Shown: positions 10,959 through 17,430 of the stretch, in pieces
Position numbering within the stretch: position 1 is the stretch's first letter
Layout of the letters: each line of letters begins with the position of its first letter
Source: a virus
Taxonomy: Duplodnaviria; Heunggongvirae; Uroviricota; Caudoviricetes
Length of the DNA stretch: 21,541 nt
Reading direction: 5' to 3' (one strand)
Virus record (IMG/VR): IMGVR_UViG_2526164662_000046
The notes under the pieces: model-generated
Told to the model about the DNA's origin: nothing
The model's database searches: none
What the model saw: only the letters and a program-made list of their open reading frames with translations
Position numbers and translations under genes: made by a program

Positions 10959-12746
10959 ATGGACGATATTAATATCAGCCTCGACGAACTTAACACTATT
11001 GATTTATCCCCCTTAATCCAGAGTAAGCTGCCAGTTACCTGCTTTGATATCACAAAGTATCTTTCTAGCCTAGGTGATGGAAGAGCGGAGATAAGACTGC
11101 TAACCCATATTTGCGGTTTTCACTTTCGTCCCGAAAATCCACAGGTACCATTTGGTCCGTGCTTTCAAAGCAGCCAAGGTAGATCTGCAATTCCGGATGA
11201 CATTAACGGGTTGTCGCTGGAGGTACTTTCTCAATTTTGCCCGACGATAGAGCTACCCGAACTTCAAGCTCGTATTGCTGATACACTTTGGGTTCGTAAA
11301 ATTGGTGGAATCCGTTTTCCTTTGCTGGCAGTCCGTGCTTATTATGCGTCCAGTATAGCTATTATGACATCGCAAGGGACGTGGGTTAGTGCTTTAGAAC
11401 GCCTAGAGCGTGCGCTTAGGCTGTGTTGTTTTTTTCGAAAGCATACTGATTTCAGGGATGAATTTGATCAGCTTTCGGCACATCTACTAGCAGAGTATGA
11501 ACGTACCAGAGAACAAGGCGATTCACCTTATCCGCTGCGACTCCTGCAACTCGATATCGACTGTAAAGTGAGTGAGCCATCTTTTATTGCCCAGGAACTC
11601 CTGTTTCTGACAAAAAACTATCTGGCTCAAAAATTATTTTCATTTGCCGTCGATGCCTGTAAAACCGCAATCCCGATTGCGAATAGGTGCTGTGACAGAG
11701 ATACACAGTTTGAATTCTGGCGGCTTCTTGCCGATACACATCTGGAAGAGTCAAAATTCCAAGATGGCGGTATGATTTCGGCAGCCTGCATGCAGAATGC
11801 TATTGAAGCACTGGCTAATATTCCAGGAACCCGAATAGAACGTCTTGCGCTGTATGAAGAAATGCGTGATTACCAAATCGAATCCCGTCACCAGATGTCT
11901 ATCCTTCAGTCTCCCCCTCAAGATATTAGTGAGATTGTCCATCAAGCCAAGAGTCGGGTAGTCGGAAGAGATTTGTTTGATATGGTTTTCAGACTTGCGA
12001 TGCTGGTCTGTCGGCCAACCAGCATTGAGAGACTTAAGGCTCAAGCAATAGAACAAAAGGCCAACAGCATAGCTTGGATGTTTGGATCAACACATATTGA
12101 TCATGAGGGAATGACACTTGCTCGCATACCCGCAGGATTGGGGATTGATGATGCAAATGGGGCAGTTATTTGGCCCATAATGATGACGAGAATGCGTATC
12201 GACCATGAGTTGGCAGTAGCTGGGCAAATTATTCCTGCTACAGATGAGATCACAATGAAATATCCAATCTCGGAGGCGTTTTTTCGCGATATGTTCATCA
12301 ATCATCCCTTCATCCCGTTTGGGCATGAAGAGTTTTTCATCAAGGGTATGGTTTGCGGTTTCAATGGAGATTTTATGACGGCATGCCACGTGTTGATTCC
12401 CCAGATCGAAAATAGTCTGAGATATGTGGCTAAAATTAAAGGTGAGGAACCATCGCAGCTTCACGGGGACGGTTCGCAAGAGCGAAATGGACTCAAGGGA
12501 TTACTAGATAATCCACTGATTATTGAAGCTTTCGGCGTAGACATAATTGGCAATCTTCAGGCCTTACTGGTAGATAAAATCTATGGTGATTTACGAAATC
12601 AACTAGCTCACGGATATGTGCCTGCCGGTTACTACAATCAACCTCCCTGCATTTTTGCATGGTGGCTTGTATTGCACATTCTAATGAACCCTACGGCGAG
12701 ATACTGGCAAGCCACTTATGGCCAAGAGAGTGAGGCTCAGACTTAA
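10959..12746 (+). CDS. Large hypothetical protein (595 aa), candidate anti-phage/abortive-infection effector with HEPN-like R-x4-H-G motif
   Basis: ATG 10959 with AAGGTGA 5 nt upstream; uninterrupted 595-codon frame; opposite strand to all surrounding phage operons; rare codons (AGA, ATA, CTA) in the first 150 nt; C-terminal motif DLRNQLAHGY (R546...H551, nt 12594-12614) matching the HEPN R-x4-6-H signature; no homologue I recognise from the K-12 Qin prophage. Confidence 0.8.
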   Translation: MDDINISLDELNTIDLSPLIQSKLPVTCFDITKYLSSLGDGRAEIRLLTHICGFHFRPENPQVPFGPCFQSSQGRSAIPDDINGLSLEVLSQFCPTIELPELQARIADTLWVRKIGGIRFPLLAVRAYYASSIAIMTSQGTWVSALERLERALRLCCFFRKHTDFRDEFDQLSAHLLAEYERTREQGDSPYPLRLLQLDIDCKVSEPSFIAQELLFLTKNYLAQKLFSFAVDACKTAIPIANRCCDRDTQFEFWRLLADTHLEESKFQDGGMISAACMQNAIEALANIPGTRIERLALYEEMRDYQIESRHQMSILQSPPQDISEIVHQAKSRVVGRDLFDMVFRLAMLVCRPTSIERLKAQAIEQKANSIAWMFGSTHIDHEGMTLARIPAGLGIDDANGAVIWPIMMTRMRIDHELAVAGQIIPATDEITMKYPISEAFFRDMFINHPFIPFGHEEFFIKGMVCGFNGDFMTACHVLIPQIENSLRYVAKIKGEEPSQLHGDGSQERNGLKGLLDNPLIIEAFGVDIIGNLQALLVDKIYGDLRNQLAHGYVPAGYYNQPPCIFAWWLVLHILMNPTARYWQATYGQESEAQT

Positions 12747-12843
12747 AGTGAATAAGTTTACGAAGTTGGCACTTCCGGATGCATGTCCATATGAGTTGAG
12801 GCGATTTGGTTAATAAGGTTGAGTGCTGCTGAAATTATTCGAT

Positions 12844-12867
12844 GTCCGCTTTTGGCACAAAGCGGAC
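12844..12867. terminator. Perfect 9-bp stem-loop in convergent intergenic region (possible terminator)
   Basis: gtccgcttt (12844-12852) / aaagcggac (12859-12867) with 6-nt loop; lies between the stops of the 595-aa gene and the 133-aa minus-strand gene; no clear U-run on either strand, so terminator function is uncertain. Confidence 0.35.
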
Positions 12868-12964
12868 AACCACGCCAGATCTACCCTGTGCCATGAAAAA
12901 TGAGAATGTCAATTCACTCCTGAACTAATGCTTTTTAATCTAGTAACGTCTAAAATACCTAACA

Positions 12965-13366
12965 TTATCCCTGATAAAATGCCAGTATGCGCTGCATAAC
13001 TTCACTCATCCGGCACTCGCGACAGATTATGTTTAGGCGACTGTCGTAGCGACGTATTTCTCCATCAGGTAACGACCAGATAAGGTCCGGATCAACCACA
13101 GCTGTTTTCTTCACCTTTGCCCTCGAGAGTTTTTTGCGGGCGTTTTGCCAGTCCTTACGCGCCTGTTCAGACGGGAATAACCCGTAGCCGGAGTTGTATA
13201 CATCGCCACTGGCTACCAGCTCTCTGGCAAGAACGCTCATCAGATATCTAGTCGCACCTGTTTTAGCTTCCAGTTGCCGTAACGTCTCACGACCGCTCTG
13301 GCGCACGAGTTCCACCACCTGCCCTTTAATTTTTTCCCGCTCTTCTTGTGTAAAAACTTTTGCCAC
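12965..13366 (-). CDS. Hypothetical protein, 133 aa, last gene of the replication-side operon
   Basis: ORF 41 nt downstream of the initiator gene on the same strand; basic, with a possible winged-helix segment (TLRQLEAKTGATRYLMSVLAREL); no family recognised. Confidence 0.55.
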   Translation of the reverse strand: MAKVFTQEEREKIKGQVVELVRQSGRETLRQLEAKTGATRYLMSVLARELVASGDVYNSGYGLFPSEQARKDWQNARKKLSRAKVKKTAVVDPDLIWSLPDGEIRRYDSRLNIICRECRMSEVMQRILAFYQG

Positions 13367-13406
13367 AAGTCCCCCTTAAAATTACCTCATGACCTGAAAT
13401 CAAAAC

Positions 13407-14426
13407 TTATCCTCTGAAACCAGGCGGAATTTCTGTATCCGGTTCAGAAATATGATTAACACAACGCTGTACAGGTGAACGCCCCAGGCGGATGACCAGT
13501 TCGTCCCATTTTTCGCGGAGCTTTGACGGGCTCATGAAGTTTTTTACCCAGAATGGATCCCGCTGTACCCGACCAAACATTTCACAAATTTGTCTGTGGC
13601 TTCTGCCATCCAGCATCCGCATTGTGCGCACATCATTGGCCCAGACAGTCCAGTTAGGCTCTTTTGGTCGCATGATCTCGCCATCATCACTGGCGGCCTG
13701 TTCGTAGAGACCCACGATCCGCCCCCATATCCACTGCGCACACGCCAGATCCTCCTGGCTACCCCACTGGCGTTTTTTCGCACTAAACACAACTGCGCCA
13801 GGGTGCCGGATTAAAAAATCCTGTTCAGCCGTCTGCGGGTCCGGTTGCGAAGCTTCCGGACGAAAAGTGTTTTTATTCTCTGTAGTAATCTCTGTTGTAT
13901 TCTCTGTAGGATCATCGGGCCATTTTGACCCGATGACATTGGGTCGTTTTGAACCAATGGAGCGTTTCATTTTGACCTCTTCCATCGTGTCATTTTGACC
14001 TGATGGAGCGGCGCATTCTGAACCGATGGATTCGCTCAATTTGCCATCATCTAAAAGCTCGCTCCCATAGTTAATCGTGTAGAAATTGGTCATATCGCGC
14101 TTTGATTTATTGAGCTTTTCACAACGCAAAAGCCCCAGCGTTTTCAGACTTGCAAACGCGCGCTTTAACGTTGACTCTGACCAGAATGGGAACTGTTCCA
14201 GCCATTGTTCCGTTGTGTTGTAAATCCAGCGAACACCATCACATTCCATGCCGGAATTGGTATCTCTCAACCAGTAATGCAACTGCTGCAACACAATGGC
14301 TTCATTTAAGCCAATCTTCATCGCAAGCTGTGTGTTTATAACCAGTGGGCGTTCAGCAAAAAGAAGGCTCATAATTCCATCCAGCTTTTTGTTGGTATTG
14401 CTGTCGATACGCAAGTTTGAAAGCAA
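13407..14426 (-). CDS. Putative phage replication initiator (lambda O-like functional analogue) with internal origin iterons
   Basis: 339-aa ORF; N-terminal HTH-like region; the central coding region contains an array of about 23-24-bp direct repeats plus an adjacent AT-rich tract, the arrangement seen at lambda ori inside gene O. Start uncertain (alternatives at 14372 or 14321). Confidence 0.6.
   Translation of the reverse strand: MLSNLRIDSNTNKKLDGIMSLLFAERPLVINTQLAMKIGLNEAIVLQQLHYWLRDTNSGMECDGVRWIYNTTEQWLEQFPFWSESTLKRAFASLKTLGLLRCEKLNKSKRDMTNFYTINYGSELLDDGKLSESIGSECAAPSGQNDTMEEVKMKRSIGSKRPNVIGSKWPDDPTENTTEITTENKNTFRPEASQPDPQTAEQDFLIRHPGAVVFSAKKRQWGSQEDLACAQWIWGRIVGLYEQAASDDGEIMRPKEPNWTVWANDVRTMRMLDGRSHRQICEMFGRVQRDPFWVKNFMSPSKLREKWDELVIRLGRSPVQRCVNHISEPDTEIPPGFRG
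13921..14060. repeat. Iteron-like direct repeat array (5-6 units, about 23-24 bp period), putative prophage replication origin
   Basis: Units beginning 13921 (cattttgacccgatga), 13945 (cgttttgaaccaatgga), 13968 (cattttgacctcttcca), 13991 (cattttgacctgatgga), 14015 (cattctgaaccgatgga), 14038 (caatttgccatcatcta); flanking AT-rich tract 13865-13915 with ttctctgtag repeated. Confidence 0.6.
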
Positions 14427-14874
14427 TTGCTTTTTCTATAAGTTCGTCAGTTTCACGATCCACTACGGCAGGATCAGCAAAAAGCAGTCCGGACTCCACC
14501 ACATCGCCATATTCTTTGTTTAACCCGGCGATCATGTACGTGATGCTTTTTCCGTCACTAATTTCACGATACAACCTGAAATCATTAATCCGGATAGCCT
14601 CCATAATTGCAGGCACTAGCGCCGTGAACTTTTCACGCTTATCCCTGGTGTCGATAGCCTTCCAGCGTTCGAATATCTTCACTCGATTAACGCCAAGCGC
14701 TCGCTGATCAACCGCGCCACCTTCATCTGTGACACGCTGAACATCGATGTTCGGGCGCTCTTTCAAAGCCCAGAATGCTTCAGTGATTAATATCGTCGCC
14801 TGCTCCTGTGTCATTCCTGGTCGACATATCCAGGCATCCAGAGCCTCACGAGCCTGTTCAGGAGTGATTTTCAT
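14353..14874 (-). CDS. YdaT-like prophage protein (CII-position gene), 173 aa
   Basis: Start ATG 14872-14874 overlaps the dicC stop by 17 nt (translational coupling); segment KREKFTALVPAIMEAIRINDFRLYREISDG resembles Rac YdaT as I recall it. Assignment is tentative. Confidence 0.55.
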   Translation of the reverse strand: MKITPEQAREALDAWICRPGMTQEQATILITEAFWALKERPNIDVQRVTDEGGAVDQRALGVNRVKIFERWKAIDTRDKREKFTALVPAIMEAIRINDFRLYREISDGKSITYMIAGLNKEYGDVVESGLLFADPAVVDRETDELIEKAIAFKLAYRQQYQQKAGWNYEPSFC

Positions 14875-15088
14875 TGTTCAACCGCCCCGCCCGCTTCGTC
14901 TTACGATATTCGTCATAAACCTTGGGATCATACAGAAGCTCCCCGCCAGATGCCTCCTGTAGACGCATCGCGCGACCTTCAGGAACCAGTATCCCCCAAG
15001 CAGCAACACTTGCCAGTCTCACTCCTGCGGCATTGGCAAGCTTTGTTTTGCTGCCAAAAAAAGTAATTGCGTCAACTTTAAGCATCAA
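14858..15088 (-). CDS. dicC: Cro-like transcriptional regulator DicC
   Basis: 76 aa MMLKVDAITFFGSKTKLANAAGVRLASVAAWGILVPEGRAMRLQEASGGELLYDPKVYDEYRKTKRAGRLNNENHS; divergent from dicA across a 77-bp operator region; matches K-12 DicC in length and recalled sequence. Confidence 0.8.
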   Translation of the reverse strand: MMLKVDAITFFGSKTKLANAAGVRLASVAAWGILVPEGRAMRLQEASGGELLYDPKVYDEYRKTKRAGRLNNENHS

Positions 15089-15099
15089 AGCCCCCTCTT

Positions 15100-15115
15100 G
15101 TTAGACTTTTCTAAC
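15100..15115. promoter_or_regulatory. Palindromic operator in dicC-dicA divergent promoter region
   Basis: GTTAGA-cttt-TCTAAC, perfect 6-bp arms with 4-bp spacer, centred between the dicC and dicA starts; same half-site as the palindrome at 15609-15628. Confidence 0.6.
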
Positions 15116-15165
15116 ATTATTGTGCGCGGGATATCTAAGTCAAGAAAAATTAGAATTACCTAACT

Positions 15166-15573
15166 ATGGATACAAGAACCCTAGGCCAGCGAGTTCTGGC
15201 GCGACGAAAAGAATTACGCTTAACACAACGAGAAGCTGCGCGCCTCGCTGGAGTTGCTCACGTCACAATTTCACAATGGGAAAGAGACGAAACCCAGCCA
15301 GTCGGAAAACGATTGTTTGCTTTAGCGGATGCTCTGAAGTGCTCACCTACATGGCTAATGTTTGGTGACGAAGACAAGGCACCAGTGCCTGCACAAGAAC
15401 TTCATGTGGAAACAGAGCTAACTCCCAACCACAAAGAATTGATCGAATTATTCGATGCTCTTCCATCTTCCGAGCAGGAAGCCTTGCTGTCTGAAATGCG
15501 CGCAAGAGTAGAAAACTTCAACAAACTCTTCGAAGAAATGCTTAAAGCGCGTAAAAATAAATCAATAAAATAA
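15166..15573 (+). CDS. dicA: C2/CI-like HTH repressor DicA
   Basis: 135 aa; HTH (LTQREAARLAGVAHVTISQWERDETQP); C-terminal ...EMRARVENFNKLFEEMLKARKNK matches K-12 DicA as recalled. Confidence 0.85.
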   Translation: MDTRTLGQRVLARRKELRLTQREAARLAGVAHVTISQWERDETQPVGKRLFALADALKCSPTWLMFGDEDKAPVPAQELHVETELTPNHKELIELFDALPSSEQEALLSEMRARVENFNKLFEEMLKARKNKSIK

Positions 15574-15608
15574 CATTCTTTTCAAGTGATTAGTTGCGCC
15601 CACTCTTT

Positions 15609-15628
15609 TTGTTAGACCAATCTAACAA
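15609..15628. promoter_or_regulatory. Palindromic operator upstream of the ydfA-dicB operon (putative DicA site at the dicB-operon promoter)
   Basis: TTGTTAGA-ccaa-TCTAACAA, perfect 8-bp arms with 4-bp spacer; a degenerate third copy gttagg-ttat-tctaaa lies at 15647-15662. Confidence 0.6.
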
Positions 15629-15741
15629 AAAACACTTGCCTATCATGTTAGGTTATTCTAAATTACTTTCCATCAAGACACCGCACGGTGTTCTCAGCAA
15701 ACAGTTCCGCTACCCCGGCGTTAAGGGGAAATGAGGTCAGC

Positions 15742-15897
15742 ATGGATACTATCGATCTTGGCAACAGCGAATCTCTGGTATGTGGCGTGTTCCCCAACCA
15801 GGACGGCACGTTCACCGCGATGACGTATACCAAAAGCAAAACGTTTAAAACCGAAAATGGTGCCCGTCGCTGGCTGGAAAGAAACTCAGGTGAGTGA
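15742..15897 (+). CDS. ydfA: Small prophage protein YdfA
   Basis: 51 aa MDTIDLGNSESLVCGVFPNQDGTFTAMTYTKSKTFKTENGARRWLERNSGE; ATG 15742 with GAGGT Shine-Dalgarno; first gene of the dicB operon. Confidence 0.8.
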   Translation: MDTIDLGNSESLVCGVFPNQDGTFTAMTYTKSKTFKTENGARRWLERNSGE

Positions 15898-15898
15898 T

Positions 15899-16474
15899 AT
15901 GGATTTCGACACAATCATGGAAAAGGCTTACGAAGAATACTTCGAAGGCCTTGCCGAAGGCGAAGAAGCTCTCAGCTTCAGTGAGTTTAAACAGGCACTC
16001 AGAATAAGAATGTGCTCTCACAATGACGCGGAGCACAAATATGAGAAGCAAAATCAGACCGCAGAAAATTTTGTTCTGGAACCCGGAGAAACGCTTTTCA
16101 AAATTCCCGTTACGTGCCCCATTTGCGGTTTTACATCAGAAGAACTTGACGACTCCTGTAACAATCAGGAAACAACCAAGTATGTCGAAGATGATACCGA
16201 GTGCGCACGAAGAACGATTATATCCACGAGTCCAAACTCCAGGGCCAATAAATCTCACTTTGAGAGGGTGATTAATCCACTCCCCCAAACCAATAAAAAA
16301 GATGCCGGAGGACAAAAAACCCAATGGAACAACGGGATATCTGTCAAAAAAAGACGTTCCATTAAAGACAAACAACGCAGCGCCAACAACTGTAAGCGCT
16401 TTATACCAGTAATCAATTTTCATGTTCTTAAGCGGATTTATTGGTGGTTGCGACATTGCTTAATGAATCCTTAA
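15899..16474 (+). CDS. YdfB/YdfC-like ORF (N-terminal about 100 aa credible; C-terminal extension doubtful)
   Basis: ATG 15899 overlaps the ydfA stop; MDFDTIMEKAYEEYFEGLAEGEEALSFSEFKQALRIRMCSHNDA... with C-x2-C (TCPICG); the last about 100 codons are Lys/Arg/Asn-rich, use rare codons (AGA, AGG, ATA, CGA) and overlap a better-looking minus-strand ORF. Confidence 0.45.
   Translation: MDFDTIMEKAYEEYFEGLAEGEEALSFSEFKQALRIRMCSHNDAEHKYEKQNQTAENFVLEPGETLFKIPVTCPICGFTSEELDDSCNNQETTKYVEDDTECARRTIISTSPNSRANKSHFERVINPLPQTNKKDAGGQKTQWNNGISVKKRRSIKDKQRSANNCKRFIPVINFHVLKRIYWWLRHCLMNP
16136..16456 (-). CDS. Candidate small membrane protein (95-106 aa), antisense within the dicB operon
   Basis: Hydrophobic segments (ALTVVGAALFVF, LGFLSSGIFFIGLG, ALGIIFDILGCFLIVTG); AAGGA about 11 nt upstream of ATG 16454-16456 (alternative start MKIDYW); codon usage looks more coding-like than the overlapping plus-strand frame. 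Not confirmed. Confidence 0.4.
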   Translation of the reverse strand: MSQPPINPLKNMKIDYWYKALTVVGAALFVFNGTSFFDRYPVVPLGFLSSGIFFIGLGEWINHPLKVRFIGPGVWTRGYNRSSCALGIIFDILGCFLIVTGVVKFF

Positions 16475-16733
16475 AACTGTGGTGATTTTAAGGATACCAC
16501 CTCGCCTGACGTGGTTAAAAGCAGGCACACAACACGAAAGCGCACGGCGAAGTTCGTCTCACTGTACGGTGTCGTTAAATTTAATTCGACCGTGCGCTTC
16601 CGGTTGTGGCAACCCGCAAAATGGCGCGGCGGTAAGTATGGCGGGGTTATTCCTTCCCCGTTGAGGACACCGGGTTGTCAGGTTGACCATACGCTTAAGT
16701 GACAACCCCGCTGCAACGCCCTCTGTTATCAAT

Positions 16734-16786
16734 TTTCTGGTGACGTTTGGCGGTATCAGTTTTACTCCGTGACTGCTCTGCCGCCG
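16734..16786 (+). ncRNA. dicF: DicF small RNA (Hfq-dependent antisense sRNA targeting ftsZ and others)
   Basis: tttctggtgacgtttggcggtatcagttttactccgtgactgctctgccgccg matches the 53-nt DicF sequence as I recall it, including the 3' GGCGG...CCGCC stem and following T-run (16787-16791); correct position upstream of dicB. Confidence 0.8.
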
Positions 16787-16960
16787 TTTTTAAAGTGAAT
16801 TTTGTTATGCGGTGAATGCGGCTAAGCGCACGCGGAACAGTTAAAACCAAAAACAGTGTTATGGGTGGATTCTCTGTATCCGACGTTAATTGTTAACTGG
16901 TTAACGTCACCTGGAGGCACCAGGCACTGCATCACAAAATTTATTGTTGAGGACGCGATA

Positions 16961-17149
16961 ATGAAAACGTTATTACCAAACGTTAATACGTCTGAAGGTT
17001 GTTTTGAAATTGGTGTCACTATCAGTAACCCTGTATTTACTGAAGATGCCATTAACAAGAGAAAACAAGAACGGGAGCTATTAAATAAAATATGCATTGT
17101 TTCAATGCTGGCTCGTTTACGTCTGATGCCAAAAGGATGTGCACAATGA
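16961..17149 (+). CDS. dicB: Cell-division inhibitor DicB (MinC-dependent)
   Basis: 62 aa MKTLLPNVNTSEGCFEIGVTISNPVFTEDAINKRKQERELLNKICIVSMLARLRLMPKGCAQ; ATG 16961 with GAGGA Shine-Dalgarno; the ORF track extends upstream to 16856. Confidence 0.85.
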   Translation: MKTLLPNVNTSEGCFEIGVTISNPVFTEDAINKRKQERELLNKICIVSMLARLRLMPKGCAQ

Positions 17150-17337
17150 ATTCAGCATTTGCGCTTGTTCTGACAGTTTTTCTTGTTTCCGGAGTGCCAG
17201 TTGATATTGCAGTCAGTGTTCACAGGACAATGCAGGAGTGTATGACTGCAGCAACCGAACAGAAAATTCCCGGTAACTGTTACCCGGTCGATAAAGTTAT
17301 TAACCAGGATAATATCGAAATCTCGGCAGGTCTTTAA
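17146..17337 (+). CDS. ydfD: Small membrane lysis/toxic protein YdfD
   Basis: 63 aa MNSAFALVLTVFLVSGVPVDIAVSVHRTMQECMTAATEQKIPGNCYPVDKVINQDNIEISAGL; ATG overlaps the dicB stop (ATGA); N-terminal transmembrane helix. Confidence 0.8.
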   Translation: MNSAFALVLTVFLVSGVPVDIAVSVHRTMQECMTAATEQKIPGNCYPVDKVINQDNIEISAGL

Positions 17338-17430
17338 AACAGTTCCGTAATAAATATCCGGTTTCATTCTTATATGCCAGCAATGGCAGGGATTTGTTCA
17401 TCCTTAAATCTGTCATGAGGTTAAAACAAA

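Noticed and set aside
13921-14060. Regular direct repeats as a possible CRISPR array
   Set aside because: Repeats are degenerate, have a 23-24 bp period with no unique spacers, and lie inside a coding sequence; far better explained as replication-origin iterons.
15663-15914. 83-aa minus-strand ORF antisense to ydfA
   Set aside because: Overlaps the well-supported ydfA and the dicB-operon promoter/operator; no RBS.
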